Assembly (NCBI GenBank): GCA_964567825.1
Contig: CAZMNX010000002.1
Location: forward strand, 62,767-126,766
Direction of reading: 5' to 3'
DNA: 64,000 nucleotides
Source of the DNA: an uncultured Candidatus Saccharibacteria bacterium
GTDB lineage: Bacteria; Patescibacteriota; Minisyncoccia; Phycocordibacterales; GWA1-40-21
In this document: piece by piece, positions 45,655 through 53,976 of the stretch
How the letters are laid out: the number at the start of each line of letters is the position of its first letter
Numbering within the stretch: position 1 is the first letter of the stretch
The notes under the pieces: generated by a model
Told to the model about the DNA's origin: nothing
The model's input: the letters and a program-made list of their open reading frames with translations, nothing else
Database searches by the model: none
Translations under genes and position numbers: made by a program

Positions 45655-46206
45655 TTATTTTTTTGAAGCTTTTTTAGCTTTAGCTGATTTTACCACTTTT
45701 TTTTCTTTTACAACAGGCGCTACTTTAACCTCAGCAATTGGAGCTGGAGCCACTTCCTTTTTGGGAGTTGGATCCTGACCTTGCGATTTCAAAATCTTAT
45801 CAAGCTTAATGTTAATCATCGCTAGTTGCGTCTTAATATCATTACTTGAAAAATCATCAGGTGAGGCTACTCGAACCGGAGTACGATAATCAGTTTTATC
45901 ATTAAAACCAGGACGAGGAGCACGTCTTGGCATTGGACCAGAATTAGCGCGATCAGGACCACCATGCTTTACAAAACAATCTTTACAATAGACTGGCTTA
46001 TCACCTGAGGGGCGAAAAGGCACCTTACAATTTTTACCACAGTCAGTACAAATCACATCGTGTAATTCAACTGGACCACGATCGCCACCTTTATCCCAAG
46101 GCTTTCGGCCACCAAAACCACCAGCATTTCGAGCGGCGAAACCACCACCGTGCCCACCGTGACCGCCACCAAATCCGCCACCACCGCCTCGATTAAATTT
46201 TCCCAT
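45655..46206 (-). CDS. Gly/Arg-rich protein with C4 zinc ribbon (CxxC-x(n)-FRP-x(n)-CxxC, YacG-like spacing) and Lys/Ala-rich tail
   Basis: N-terminal GGGGGFGGGHGGHGGGF RGG-like region, CTDCGKNCKVPFRPSGDKPVYCKDCF ribbon, basic C-terminus; likely nucleic-acid binding. Confidence 0.5.
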   Translation of the reverse strand: MGKFNRGGGGGFGGGHGGHGGGFAARNAGGFGGRKPWDKGGDRGPVELHDVICTDCGKNCKVPFRPSGDKPVYCKDCFVKHGGPDRANSGPMPRRAPRPGFNDKTDYRTPVRVASPDDFSSNDIKTQLAMINIKLDKILKSQGQDPTPKKEVAPAPIAEVKVAPVVKEKKVVKSAKAKKASKK

Positions 46207-46626
46207 TATTTTTTTTAATTAAGAATTATTAAATTAGTTCTCTATTCTGCACTATTTTCGTCAAAATAGCAAGACTCTTAGCTATTAGGTTAAGCCAAAT
46301 TATTTTCAGGCCTGAAATAGCCTTATATTACAACACCTATTGACTTATCCCCAGTCAATCCTTGACGGGTCTTGATACCTCTGTAGTATTAATAATATGA
46401 ATAGAAAATATTCACAGCTTAATAAGAACTGGAACACCGACTGCGTCGGCTTTATTGCCATGTCAGTCCATAATCCATTTTTGTTTAGCCGTGATATTTT
46501 TAGAAGCTCGCGCAGAGCATAAAAATCTCCCCCTCTGATTTTAGAAGGATCTCGGCTAAACGAAAGCCGAGATTCTTTCGTATAGCAGTTCTTTGACAAA
46601 CCAAAATCTCAAATGGAGTAAGACAG

Positions 46627-47825
46627 TGAAAGCGAAAAAAATCGTAGCGGCCTATTACCTCATCTCGGCCCTGACAAGTGGCAGTATGGGGTTCATCATG
46701 GGAGTTTACAGCAACTTCCTACGGTCCGGTGGTCTTGATGAATTCTGGGTCAACACGGTGAACGTCATTTATTTTATGACGATCACTCTCTGTGAAATTC
46801 CGACTGGCCTTTTTGCCGACATCTTCGGCCGAAAGAATTCAATCGTTATTTCCTGTCTCTTGGAGGCAGTGTCCTGTGGTGTCTACGGTCTGTCCAGAGG
46901 TTTCGGTGGTTTTGCGATCGCTGAAACAATTGGCGCCGTTGGCCGAACTTTCGCCAGCGGAGCATTCGATGCTTGGTTGGTGGACAGTCTAAAAGCTAAC
47001 GGCGAAGATCACAACATAAAAAAGATCTTCGCCAAACGCAGTTTAATTTCACGAATGGCGGTGATCGCAACGGCCCTAGCGGGAGGCTGGCTTGGCGACA
47101 AAGGACTTAATCTACCCTTCTTCATGAGCAGCTTACTGTTCTTGATTACGGGTTTGATTGTCCTACTTGTTATGAAGGAAAAAAACTTTGTGAGACAAAA
47201 GTTTTCTCTCAAAGCGGGTTTGGTAGAAATGAAACAGACCTGGCAGAAAAGCCTAACCTTCGCCAAGAAGGATTTGAACTTTCGCTTTGTTCTCATTATT
47301 AGCGGGGTGCAAACATTTGCGATGATGGCCCCGAATATGGAATGGCAAAAGCTCTTTTCCAACCTTGGCTTCAGTAACTCGCACAATGGCATCATTGCCG
47401 GAGTAATCAACATAACACTAATGGCTGGAGCGGTGCTGTCGAGCCGGATTGACTGGCTAATAAAGGAAGAAAAAAACCAGATGGTTTGGTCTCAGGTGTT
47501 AATCGGTCTGTGTGTGATCTTGACCGCCACCTGCCATCAAATTTATCCGGTAGTAACTTTCTTCTTACTCCATGAGCTCTGTCGCGGAATGGCTGATCCA
47601 ATCATGGACTCATACGTTCAAAAATGCATCGTCTCACCTAAGGAGAGAGCGACTCTTTCTTCCTTTGGTTCGATGATCAAGCATTTTGGCGGCGCTTTGG
47701 GATTATTGGTCTCCGGTTTGATCGCTAAACTGGCCGGCATAAACGCCGCCTGGATAGTGTCCGGATCGCTCATGATCATTGCTAGCCTTTGGGTAGCAAA
47801 AAATCACGCGCAAAAATCAAAGTAG
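46627..47825 (+). CDS. MFS transporter
   Basis: 12-TM layout with MFS motif GLFADIFGRKNS. The start is likely GTG 46627 (SD GGAGT 8 nt upstream) rather than the ORF-track TTG at 46593. Confidence 0.8.
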
Positions 47826-47861
47826 TAACCAGGGTCGTCCGCTCATACCGGACGACTCTTT

Positions 47862-50147
47862 TTATTTCGCCACCTGAACCGCCTCCTCAAATTGAATAGA
47901 AAGTAATTTAGAAACACCGTCCATCCCCATGGTGACACCATAAATTATTCCGGCCCGAGACATAGTTTCGCGATTGTGAGTAACTAAAATAAGTTGAGAA
48001 TATTTAGATAATTCAGAAATCATATCGCCATATTTCTTAGAATTGGCTTCGTCAAGCGCCGCATCAGTTTCATCCAAGATGATAAATGGTGGCGGATTTA
48101 CCTGAGACATTGCGAACAATAAAGCAATCGAGGTCAGCGCTCGTTCACCACCCGAGAGCATCATGAGACCTTTGATTTTTTTCTTGGGTAAGTTTACTTC
48201 AATATCAATTCCCTCTTCACTTTCTTCTTCGGGCTCTTCCATCACCATTTCACCTTCGTCTTCCGTATTAATTTCCGTATCACTGCGCTTACGCTTTTTT
48301 TCTCGAATCACGTTCAATTTTGCCACTCCGCCACCAAACATTTTACTAAAGAAATCCTGAAACTGAACATTAATTTTCTCGACTCCAGCCTTAAATTCAA
48401 AAATTAATTTATCATCTAATTCCTTTATCAGAGCCAACAATGATTGTGAAGATTTAATCAAGTCTTCTAATTCTCGCGCCAAAAATTCATCACGTTCACT
48501 TACTTCTTTGTATTCCTTAAGGACTTCGTCGCCCGAACCAACACCAGCATCTTCCAAACGAATTTTAATACGTTCAATATTACGTCGACGCTCTTCTTGC
48601 TTTAATCGATCTTCAGTTGCTATCTGTTCATTACTTAAGGAAACGTTACCTTCACCAAAAACGGCGAAATCCTGATAGCGCACTGCCTCCAAGCCGACTA
48701 AAACTCCCGCTTCCGTTAATTCCTGTTTGAAATTAGCCTCATCAATTCTTAATTTCTCTTCTCGGTTATTTAAGGTGGCTAGCTTGGTATTAATTTCATT
48801 CTGCTCGGCCACGATTCTAAACAAAGCTTTTTCCGCATCACGATTCGAATCTTTTTCTTTTTCGATTTCTCCTTGTAGTTGATTATACTGCGCCAGTAAT
48901 TTTCTTTCTTCATCAGTATGTCTCACCAACTGAGTATCCGTTTCTGTTTTCTTCTTTTTCAAACCAACGATTTCTTCTTCCAATTCACGAGTTGAATCTT
49001 GATTTTCTTCGGTCTTATTTTTCTCAATAAAGTTAGCTAGAATCTCCCTAATCTTATTGAAAATATTTTTTATCTTACTGATATCCGATTCGATATTGCC
49101 CTCTTCCAATTCCAACTTAATTGATTTAGCTAAATTCTCGACAGAAGACAATTCCACCATTTTTGATTGGCTGGTTTGAGCGGCCTCTTTTTGTTTTTTA
49201 AGTAAACGATCGAGCGAGATAATTTCTCCCTCAATTCGGCCAATATCACGCATTAAAGAGTCCTTCTGACTTCGTTCCTCACGTAATTTCTTTTCTACCT
49301 CAACAATCTCGTGGCTTTTAGCATCGCGACCGGGAACTTTTTCCAAAACTTCCTTGGCTCGCCTCAATTCATCTTCCAAGGCTTTCAATTGAGCTAATGG
49401 CTCACGTTTTTCATTTTGCAAAACCTCTTTCGTGTATTTTAAATATTCCGATTCTCTTTTAAAATATTCTTGATATAAAACTTTCAAATCATTACGCATC
49501 TCGATCGTCTTTTCGATCTTTTCTACCTGCTTCTTCAAAAATTTAATATGTGGGGCAATTTCACGCCTTAATGATTCGGTCTGCTTGATATTTTCATCAG
49601 TCTTTTCCAACTTGCGGCGGCTTTCCTCTTTCTTATACTGATAGATTTTCAAGCCCAAAGCTTCCTCAATAATTTCACGGCGTTCTTTAATATTCGAATT
49701 CAAAATCTTATCCGCCTCACCCTGAGAAATAATATGATGACCAGACGCGCCGATATGAGCTGAAGCTAGAAGTTCGATAATATCTTTTAAACGCACAGCT
49801 GAACCGTTTATGAAATACTCTGAAACGGAATCACGATGCACCACTCGCTCAATCGAGACTTCATCAAAGTCCAGATTAAGCATTCTTTTGCTATTATCAA
49901 AAACCACCTTAGCCGAAGCGCGATTAGACCGTGCCGCATCCTTACCGCCGTTAAAAATCAAATCTTCTACCCTTTTACCACGCAAAGACTTAATTGATTG
50001 TTCGCCTAACACAAAACGAAAGGCCTCGGCCACATTAGATTTTCCCGAACCATTCGGGCCAACAATGGCCGAAATCGGAGTATTAAAATTTAGGACGCTT
50101 TTCTTGGCGAACGATTTAAAACCGTATATTTCAATGCTCTTAAGCAT
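47862..50147 (-). CDS. smc: SMC-family chromosome segregation ATPase (short, 761 aa)
   Basis: N-terminal Walker A GPNGSGKSNVAEAFRFVLGEQS, long coiled coil, C-terminal LSGGERALTSIALLFAM signature and ILDETDAALDE Walker B; located downstream of rnc as in the conserved rnc-smc arrangement. Confidence 0.75.
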   Translation of the reverse strand: MLKSIEIYGFKSFAKKSVLNFNTPISAIVGPNGSGKSNVAEAFRFVLGEQSIKSLRGKRVEDLIFNGGKDAARSNRASAKVVFDNSKRMLNLDFDEVSIERVVHRDSVSEYFINGSAVRLKDIIELLASAHIGASGHHIISQGEADKILNSNIKERREIIEEALGLKIYQYKKEESRRKLEKTDENIKQTESLRREIAPHIKFLKKQVEKIEKTIEMRNDLKVLYQEYFKRESEYLKYTKEVLQNEKREPLAQLKALEDELRRAKEVLEKVPGRDAKSHEIVEVEKKLREERSQKDSLMRDIGRIEGEIISLDRLLKKQKEAAQTSQSKMVELSSVENLAKSIKLELEEGNIESDISKIKNIFNKIREILANFIEKNKTEENQDSTRELEEEIVGLKKKKTETDTQLVRHTDEERKLLAQYNQLQGEIEKEKDSNRDAEKALFRIVAEQNEINTKLATLNNREEKLRIDEANFKQELTEAGVLVGLEAVRYQDFAVFGEGNVSLSNEQIATEDRLKQEERRRNIERIKIRLEDAGVGSGDEVLKEYKEVSERDEFLARELEDLIKSSQSLLALIKELDDKLIFEFKAGVEKINVQFQDFFSKMFGGGVAKLNVIREKKRKRSDTEINTEDEGEMVMEEPEEESEEGIDIEVNLPKKKIKGLMMLSGGERALTSIALLFAMSQVNPPPFIILDETDAALDEANSKKYGDMISELSKYSQLILVTHNRETMSRAGIIYGVTMGMDGVSKLLSIQFEEAVQVAK

Positions 50148-50185
50148 TGCCCTATTTTAGCAGATTTTAGGCCCAATTTACAATC

Positions 50186-50533
50186 CTAGAAAGAATCTTG
50201 GGGGTCGTTATAAACCGCCCCCTTATTATGCTCATTCAAATCACTAATAAAGTTTTCAATATCTCGATCAGGGGTATCAAAGGGCATATCTTTTAATTTG
50301 CTGTCCTCCAAACCACTGCCAATAAAAAAGTGGCCCATAATAAAATCTCTAATATCGGCCTGCCATTTGTCCCTTAAAATTTTACCTATGTGGAAAACAT
50401 CCTCACTGTGCTTATCCAGCGATTCTAGATTATTACGATACATTCTAGCTTTTGCCTGAGCATGCAAAATTCTCTCTTGCTCATCTGGTGACTGATCACT
50501 AAAGACTAGTGGACTTTCACTACTTATAACCAT
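50186..50533 (-). CDS. hypothetical acidic protein (115 aa) inserted between rnc and smc
   Basis: 10-nt overlap with rnc stop; no motif. Confidence 0.4.
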   Translation of the reverse strand: MVISSESPLVFSDQSPDEQERILHAQAKARMYRNNLESLDKHSEDVFHIGKILRDKWQADIRDFIMGHFFIGSGLEDSKLKDMPFDTPDRDIENFISDLNEHNKGAVYNDPQDSF

Positions 50534-51231
50534 TTTTTTGTTTCCAGAGCTTTGCGGGCGGCCATTTGCTCGGCTTCTTGTTTGCTTTGGCCCTCACCCG
50601 AAGCAATTAATTCTTTGCCTAAATAAACGCCAACCGTGAATCTTTTATCATGATCCGGACCCTCTTCTTTAATTGTTTTATATTGTGGCGTGGTACTTTC
50701 CTTTTCTTGAGCTTTTTCCTGAAACTTACTCTTAGCATCAATCCAACTCTTCTCTTCGATAATCTTATCAATCAAATGGAAAATATTTTTAGAAATAAAA
50801 TATTTGGAAGCATCATAACCTTGATCTAAATAAATCGCGCCGATAATCGCCTCCATGGTATTGGCTAAAATATATTGGCGAGCCTTGCCGGTATCTTTTG
50901 TCTCACCTTTAGATAACAAAAGAAAATCATTCACTTGAATTTTCTGGGCTGCCTCCGACAGGGTGATGGCATTCACCAACGCCGCTCGATAAGCAGTTAG
51001 ATCACCCTCATTACTATCCGGATACTTTTCAAACAAATATTCCGTCACCATGAGTTCCAAAACAGCATCACCTAAAAATTCCAAGCGTTCGTTATGCGAG
51101 GACTCCATTCCCTTGTTTTCATTCAAAAATGAGCGATGAGTGAAAGCGCGTCTTAATAGCTCCTTATTCTTAAAGGTAATGCCGGAGATCTCCTCGAACT
51201 TAGCGAAATCAGGGGTGCTTTTCTTGATCAT
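50524..51231 (-). CDS. rnc: ribonuclease III
   Basis: RNase III signature ERLEFLGDAVLELMVTEYLF and C-terminal dsRBD. Confidence 0.9.
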   Translation of the reverse strand: MIKKSTPDFAKFEEISGITFKNKELLRRAFTHRSFLNENKGMESSHNERLEFLGDAVLELMVTEYLFEKYPDSNEGDLTAYRAALVNAITLSEAAQKIQVNDFLLLSKGETKDTGKARQYILANTMEAIIGAIYLDQGYDASKYFISKNIFHLIDKIIEEKSWIDAKSKFQEKAQEKESTTPQYKTIKEEGPDHDKRFTVGVYLGKELIASGEGQSKQEAEQMAARKALETKKWL

Positions 51232-51244
51232 AAATCTATATTAG

Positions 51245-52153
51245 CTAGTTTTGCAGAGAAATCAAGCTCACGGCCTTAGTAATAAACGGCAAAATATCGC
51301 CGTAAGTTTTAATATCTTGGAGATCAGTTAATTTAAACCAGCGAGCTTCGTCGAGACCGCCGTTATCTTTCTCTAGAGCTAATTCTTTATAATCAGCCTT
51401 AGCTAAAAAGTAAGCTACTTGTTTACGAATTTTACCTTTCTCGGGATGATTGGCGACATACTCATTGCGACCAATTTCATCCAGCACCTGAACGTCCAGG
51501 CCTATTTCTTCTTTTATTTCTCTCTTAGTACCCTCTTGCTCATTTTCCTCAGCTTCTAATCGCCCCTTGGATAAAGTCCAATAGCCAAAAACATCATGAA
51601 CTAGAGCCAGATAATAGTGGCCATCATTTTGAGCATAAACGACGGCTCCGCCCAATCTTTCAATTGGCATTTGCTCATAAGGAATATCGGCAATAGCTTT
51701 TTTCTTTTTCGGCGAAACAGCATCTTTATCTGGCTCACCTAATTCTTTATAAACCGAGCCCAAAACTCCGTTCACAAATTTACTGCTCTTTTCACCACCA
51801 TAGTTTTTGGATAATTCGATTGCTTCATTTATAGCCACCTTAGCTGGTACTTCTTTAGAATCAGCAAAAAGTAATTCGTATAAACCGATGCGCAAAATAT
51901 TTCGATCAATAATAGAAATTTTATCTAATGGCCAATCGGGTGCCGCCTTTTCAATCACTAAATCAATTTCTTTTCTTTTCTGTAAAACACCGTTTAAGAG
52001 AGAGTTAACAAAATTATTATCAATAACATCGTTGGCAAATTCCGCCGCATTACGCAAAAGGATCTCTTCAGATTCGTTTTCTGGAGTATTTCGAAAATCA
52101 AGCTCAAAGAGAGATTGAAGGACTATGGATCTTGCAATGTGCCTATTTGCCAT
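51245..52153 (-). CDS. nusB: NusB antitermination factor fused to a C-terminal NUDIX hydrolase domain
   Basis: N-terminal ~140 aa NusB (RSIVLQSLFELDF...VPAKVAINEAIELSK) then Nudix box GRLEAEENEQEGTKREIKEEIGL. Confidence 0.75.
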   Translation of the reverse strand: MANRHIARSIVLQSLFELDFRNTPENESEEILLRNAAEFANDVIDNNFVNSLLNGVLQKRKEIDLVIEKAAPDWPLDKISIIDRNILRIGLYELLFADSKEVPAKVAINEAIELSKNYGGEKSSKFVNGVLGSVYKELGEPDKDAVSPKKKKAIADIPYEQMPIERLGGAVVYAQNDGHYYLALVHDVFGYWTLSKGRLEAEENEQEGTKREIKEEIGLDVQVLDEIGRNEYVANHPEKGKIRKQVAYFLAKADYKELALEKDNGGLDEARWFKLTDLQDIKTYGDILPFITKAVSLISLQN

Positions 52154-52263
52154 TTAAATAACTGATCATTAACTTAACTGGTGAAAATTATATACTAAAC
52201 CAGACAAAAAAACAAACAATATTTAAAAATCCCCAACCATTTCTTTTGGAGGGGATTCTTAAT

Positions 52264-52491
52264 TTATTTAGTAGCTTCTTTCTTTGCTTTGAGTTTCTTC
52301 TCCGCCTTAGCAATTTTAGCACCAACATCAATGACCACTCGGCCATTGTATTTGCCGCAGTTCAAGCAAACCTTATGATTTAGTCTTTTAGTACCACAAT
52401 CTGGACAAACAGAAAGATCCGCCGCCTTTAAAGCATGATGGGATCGAACGCTCCCACGCTGGGAACGATTATGTCGCATGTGATTTACCAT
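52264..52491 (-). CDS. rpmF: 50S ribosomal protein L32 with C4 zinc ribbon
   Basis: MRHNRSQRGSVRSHHALKA L32 N-terminal signature, CPDCG...CLNCG ribbon; true start may be ATG at 52479. Confidence 0.75.
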   Translation of the reverse strand: MVNHMRHNRSQRGSVRSHHALKAADLSVCPDCGTKRLNHKVCLNCGKYNGRVVIDVGAKIAKAEKKLKAKKEATK

Positions 52492-52604
52492 GAGGGCTAT
52501 CTTAGCATATTAGAGATAAAAAGCAATATTCAAGCAGCTAAAGAGGCCGTCCACATTCCTGTGTCCGGCCTCTCGTCAAGAACTTCGTTCAATCCTCCTC
52601 GTGC

Positions 52605-53240
52605 TTAATCCATGAACTGAATCGGGCAATTTCCGCGACCCATCATGGCCTGCTGGCTGTGCGGATTCCGGAGAATCTCTCCGTACCGGCGCTGCACCGG
52701 CTCGAACTGTCTCGCCAGATGCTTCAGCACCCGGAAGAGAACGGCCCGATGAAAAGGCTGTCCGCGCTCGAGCATCCGCTGCCAGAGCTCGCCTGCCTCC
52801 ACAAACTCCGGAACACCCAAGAGCTCATCACCCTTTTCCCACTTCGGCTGCTTGCGCAGGCGCGAGAGACTCTCCGGGCTCAGCTTCATAACGAACACGC
52901 ACTTGTCGTGCCATTCCGCCTCCTTGTCGGCATCGCCAGGGACCCGACTCACCAGGGACGGCAGCGGTTCGCCAGCTGCATCGCGCGGACCGAGCGCTTG
53001 AATGTCGAAACCCTCCGGATTGTCCGGGGTCTCGCACAACTCACGCACGACACCGTTAGCCGCCGTCATCCAGCGGGTCTCGCCCGGTTCTCCGCCCTCC
53101 GTCGGGAATTTCCACGAACTGAATGGCTGACGGCCCGGACGATGCTTCGTATACACGAAAGCGATCATTTCGATCTCGCCGGGATTCTTACCCTTACGGA
53201 TGACCACCATGGTGGCCGCATGACTGATCTTCTCGCTCAT
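52605..53240 (-). CDS. NUDIX-like fold protein (degenerate Nudix box), GC-rich cassette 7
   Basis: WKFPTEGGEPGETRWMTAANGVVRELCE resembles W.FPGG.E.GE...AA.RE..EE with an insertion; SD GGAG 7 nt before ATG; ~62% GC; plus-strand overlapping ORF rejected. Confidence 0.4.
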   Translation of the reverse strand: MSEKISHAATMVVIRKGKNPGEIEMIAFVYTKHRPGRQPFSSWKFPTEGGEPGETRWMTAANGVVRELCETPDNPEGFDIQALGPRDAAGEPLPSLVSRVPGDADKEAEWHDKCVFVMKLSPESLSRLRKQPKWEKGDELLGVPEFVEAGELWQRMLERGQPFHRAVLFRVLKHLARQFEPVQRRYGEILRNPHSQQAMMGRGNCPIQFMD

Positions 53241-53328
53241 CGCGATCTCCGATCCTCGATTGCTCGAGTGTTTCGAACGTTGTTGTCATAGGTTTACCCA
53301 CACGGGAAACCTAACCTACCTGCCACAA

Positions 53329-53357
53329 TTATACACCCAAAGGGGTAAAATGTCAAG
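53329..53357 (-). promoter_or_regulatory. consensus sigma70 promoter TTGACA-N17-TATAAT for cassette 7, overlapping the rnhB stop codon
   Basis: Minus strand cTTGACAttttacccctttgggtgTATAATtgtggc; shares TTTGGGTGTATAAT..GTGGC with the cassette-2 promoter. Confidence 0.6.
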
Positions 53358-53976
53358 GATTTAAAAAGCGGCGACGGTGAATCGCCGAAATACCCTTACT
53401 TTTCAAAGCTTTATAATGTGCTTTAGTCCCATAACCTTTATGTTTTTCGAGGTCATAGCCGGGATACCTTTTGGCTAGCTTAATCATTAAAGTATCCCTC
53501 GTCACCTTCGCGACAATCGAAGCAAGTGCGATTGCCAGCTCCTTTTCATCACCTTTAATTATCGTCTTTTGATTTTTATACTCCGCTGGCGCTTTTAATC
53601 CCCCATCCAACAGCACCAAACATTCATTTGGTTTCTTTTCTAAATATTTTAAGGATTTACTTAATGCTCTTTTAATCGCAAAAGTTAAACCCTTTTGATC
53701 AATCACTTTATTACTTTCAAAACTGACTTTATATAAAATATTTCCCTTTTCTTTTTCAGAATTTATTTTCTCTAACCACTTCACTCGTTGCAAATGCGAC
53801 AATTTTTTCGAATCGCGAAGCTTCTTCGTCCTGAGTCTGACGAGAGGACTAAAATTACCAAAATTGTTTTTATTGAGCTTTGGTCCTAAACACAGGGCAC
53901 ACACCGCCACCGGCCCGGCCAAAGGTCCGCGCCCCACTTCGTCGATACCGATAGTATATTTAAATTTCTTAATCAT
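53353..53976 (-). CDS. rnhB: ribonuclease HII
   Basis: IGIDEVGRGPLAGPVAVCAL catalytic DE motif region. Confidence 0.85.
   Translation of the reverse strand: MIKKFKYTIGIDEVGRGPLAGPVAVCALCLGPKLNKNNFGNFSPLVRLRTKKLRDSKKLSHLQRVKWLEKINSEKEKGNILYKVSFESNKVIDQKGLTFAIKRALSKSLKYLEKKPNECLVLLDGGLKAPAEYKNQKTIIKGDEKELAIALASIVAKVTRDTLMIKLAKRYPGYDLEKHKGYGTKAHYKALKSKGISAIHRRRFLNP

Noticed and set aside
46345-46599. 84-aa minus-strand ORF in the MFS upstream region
   Set aside because: It has no Shine-Dalgarno sequence, low-complexity composition, and overlaps better-supported hairpin or terminator elements. It is treated as non-coding leader or sRNA space.
15897-53357. GC-rich cassettes as a metagenome mis-assembly (chimeric contig)
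   Set aside because: Seven short inserts with precise intergenic placement argue against random chimeric joins. Each has an AT-rich host-type promoter. Promoter sequences are shared between cassettes, and between a cassette gene (terC) and a host-composition operon. The explanation is still flagged as needing coverage or read-pair confirmation.
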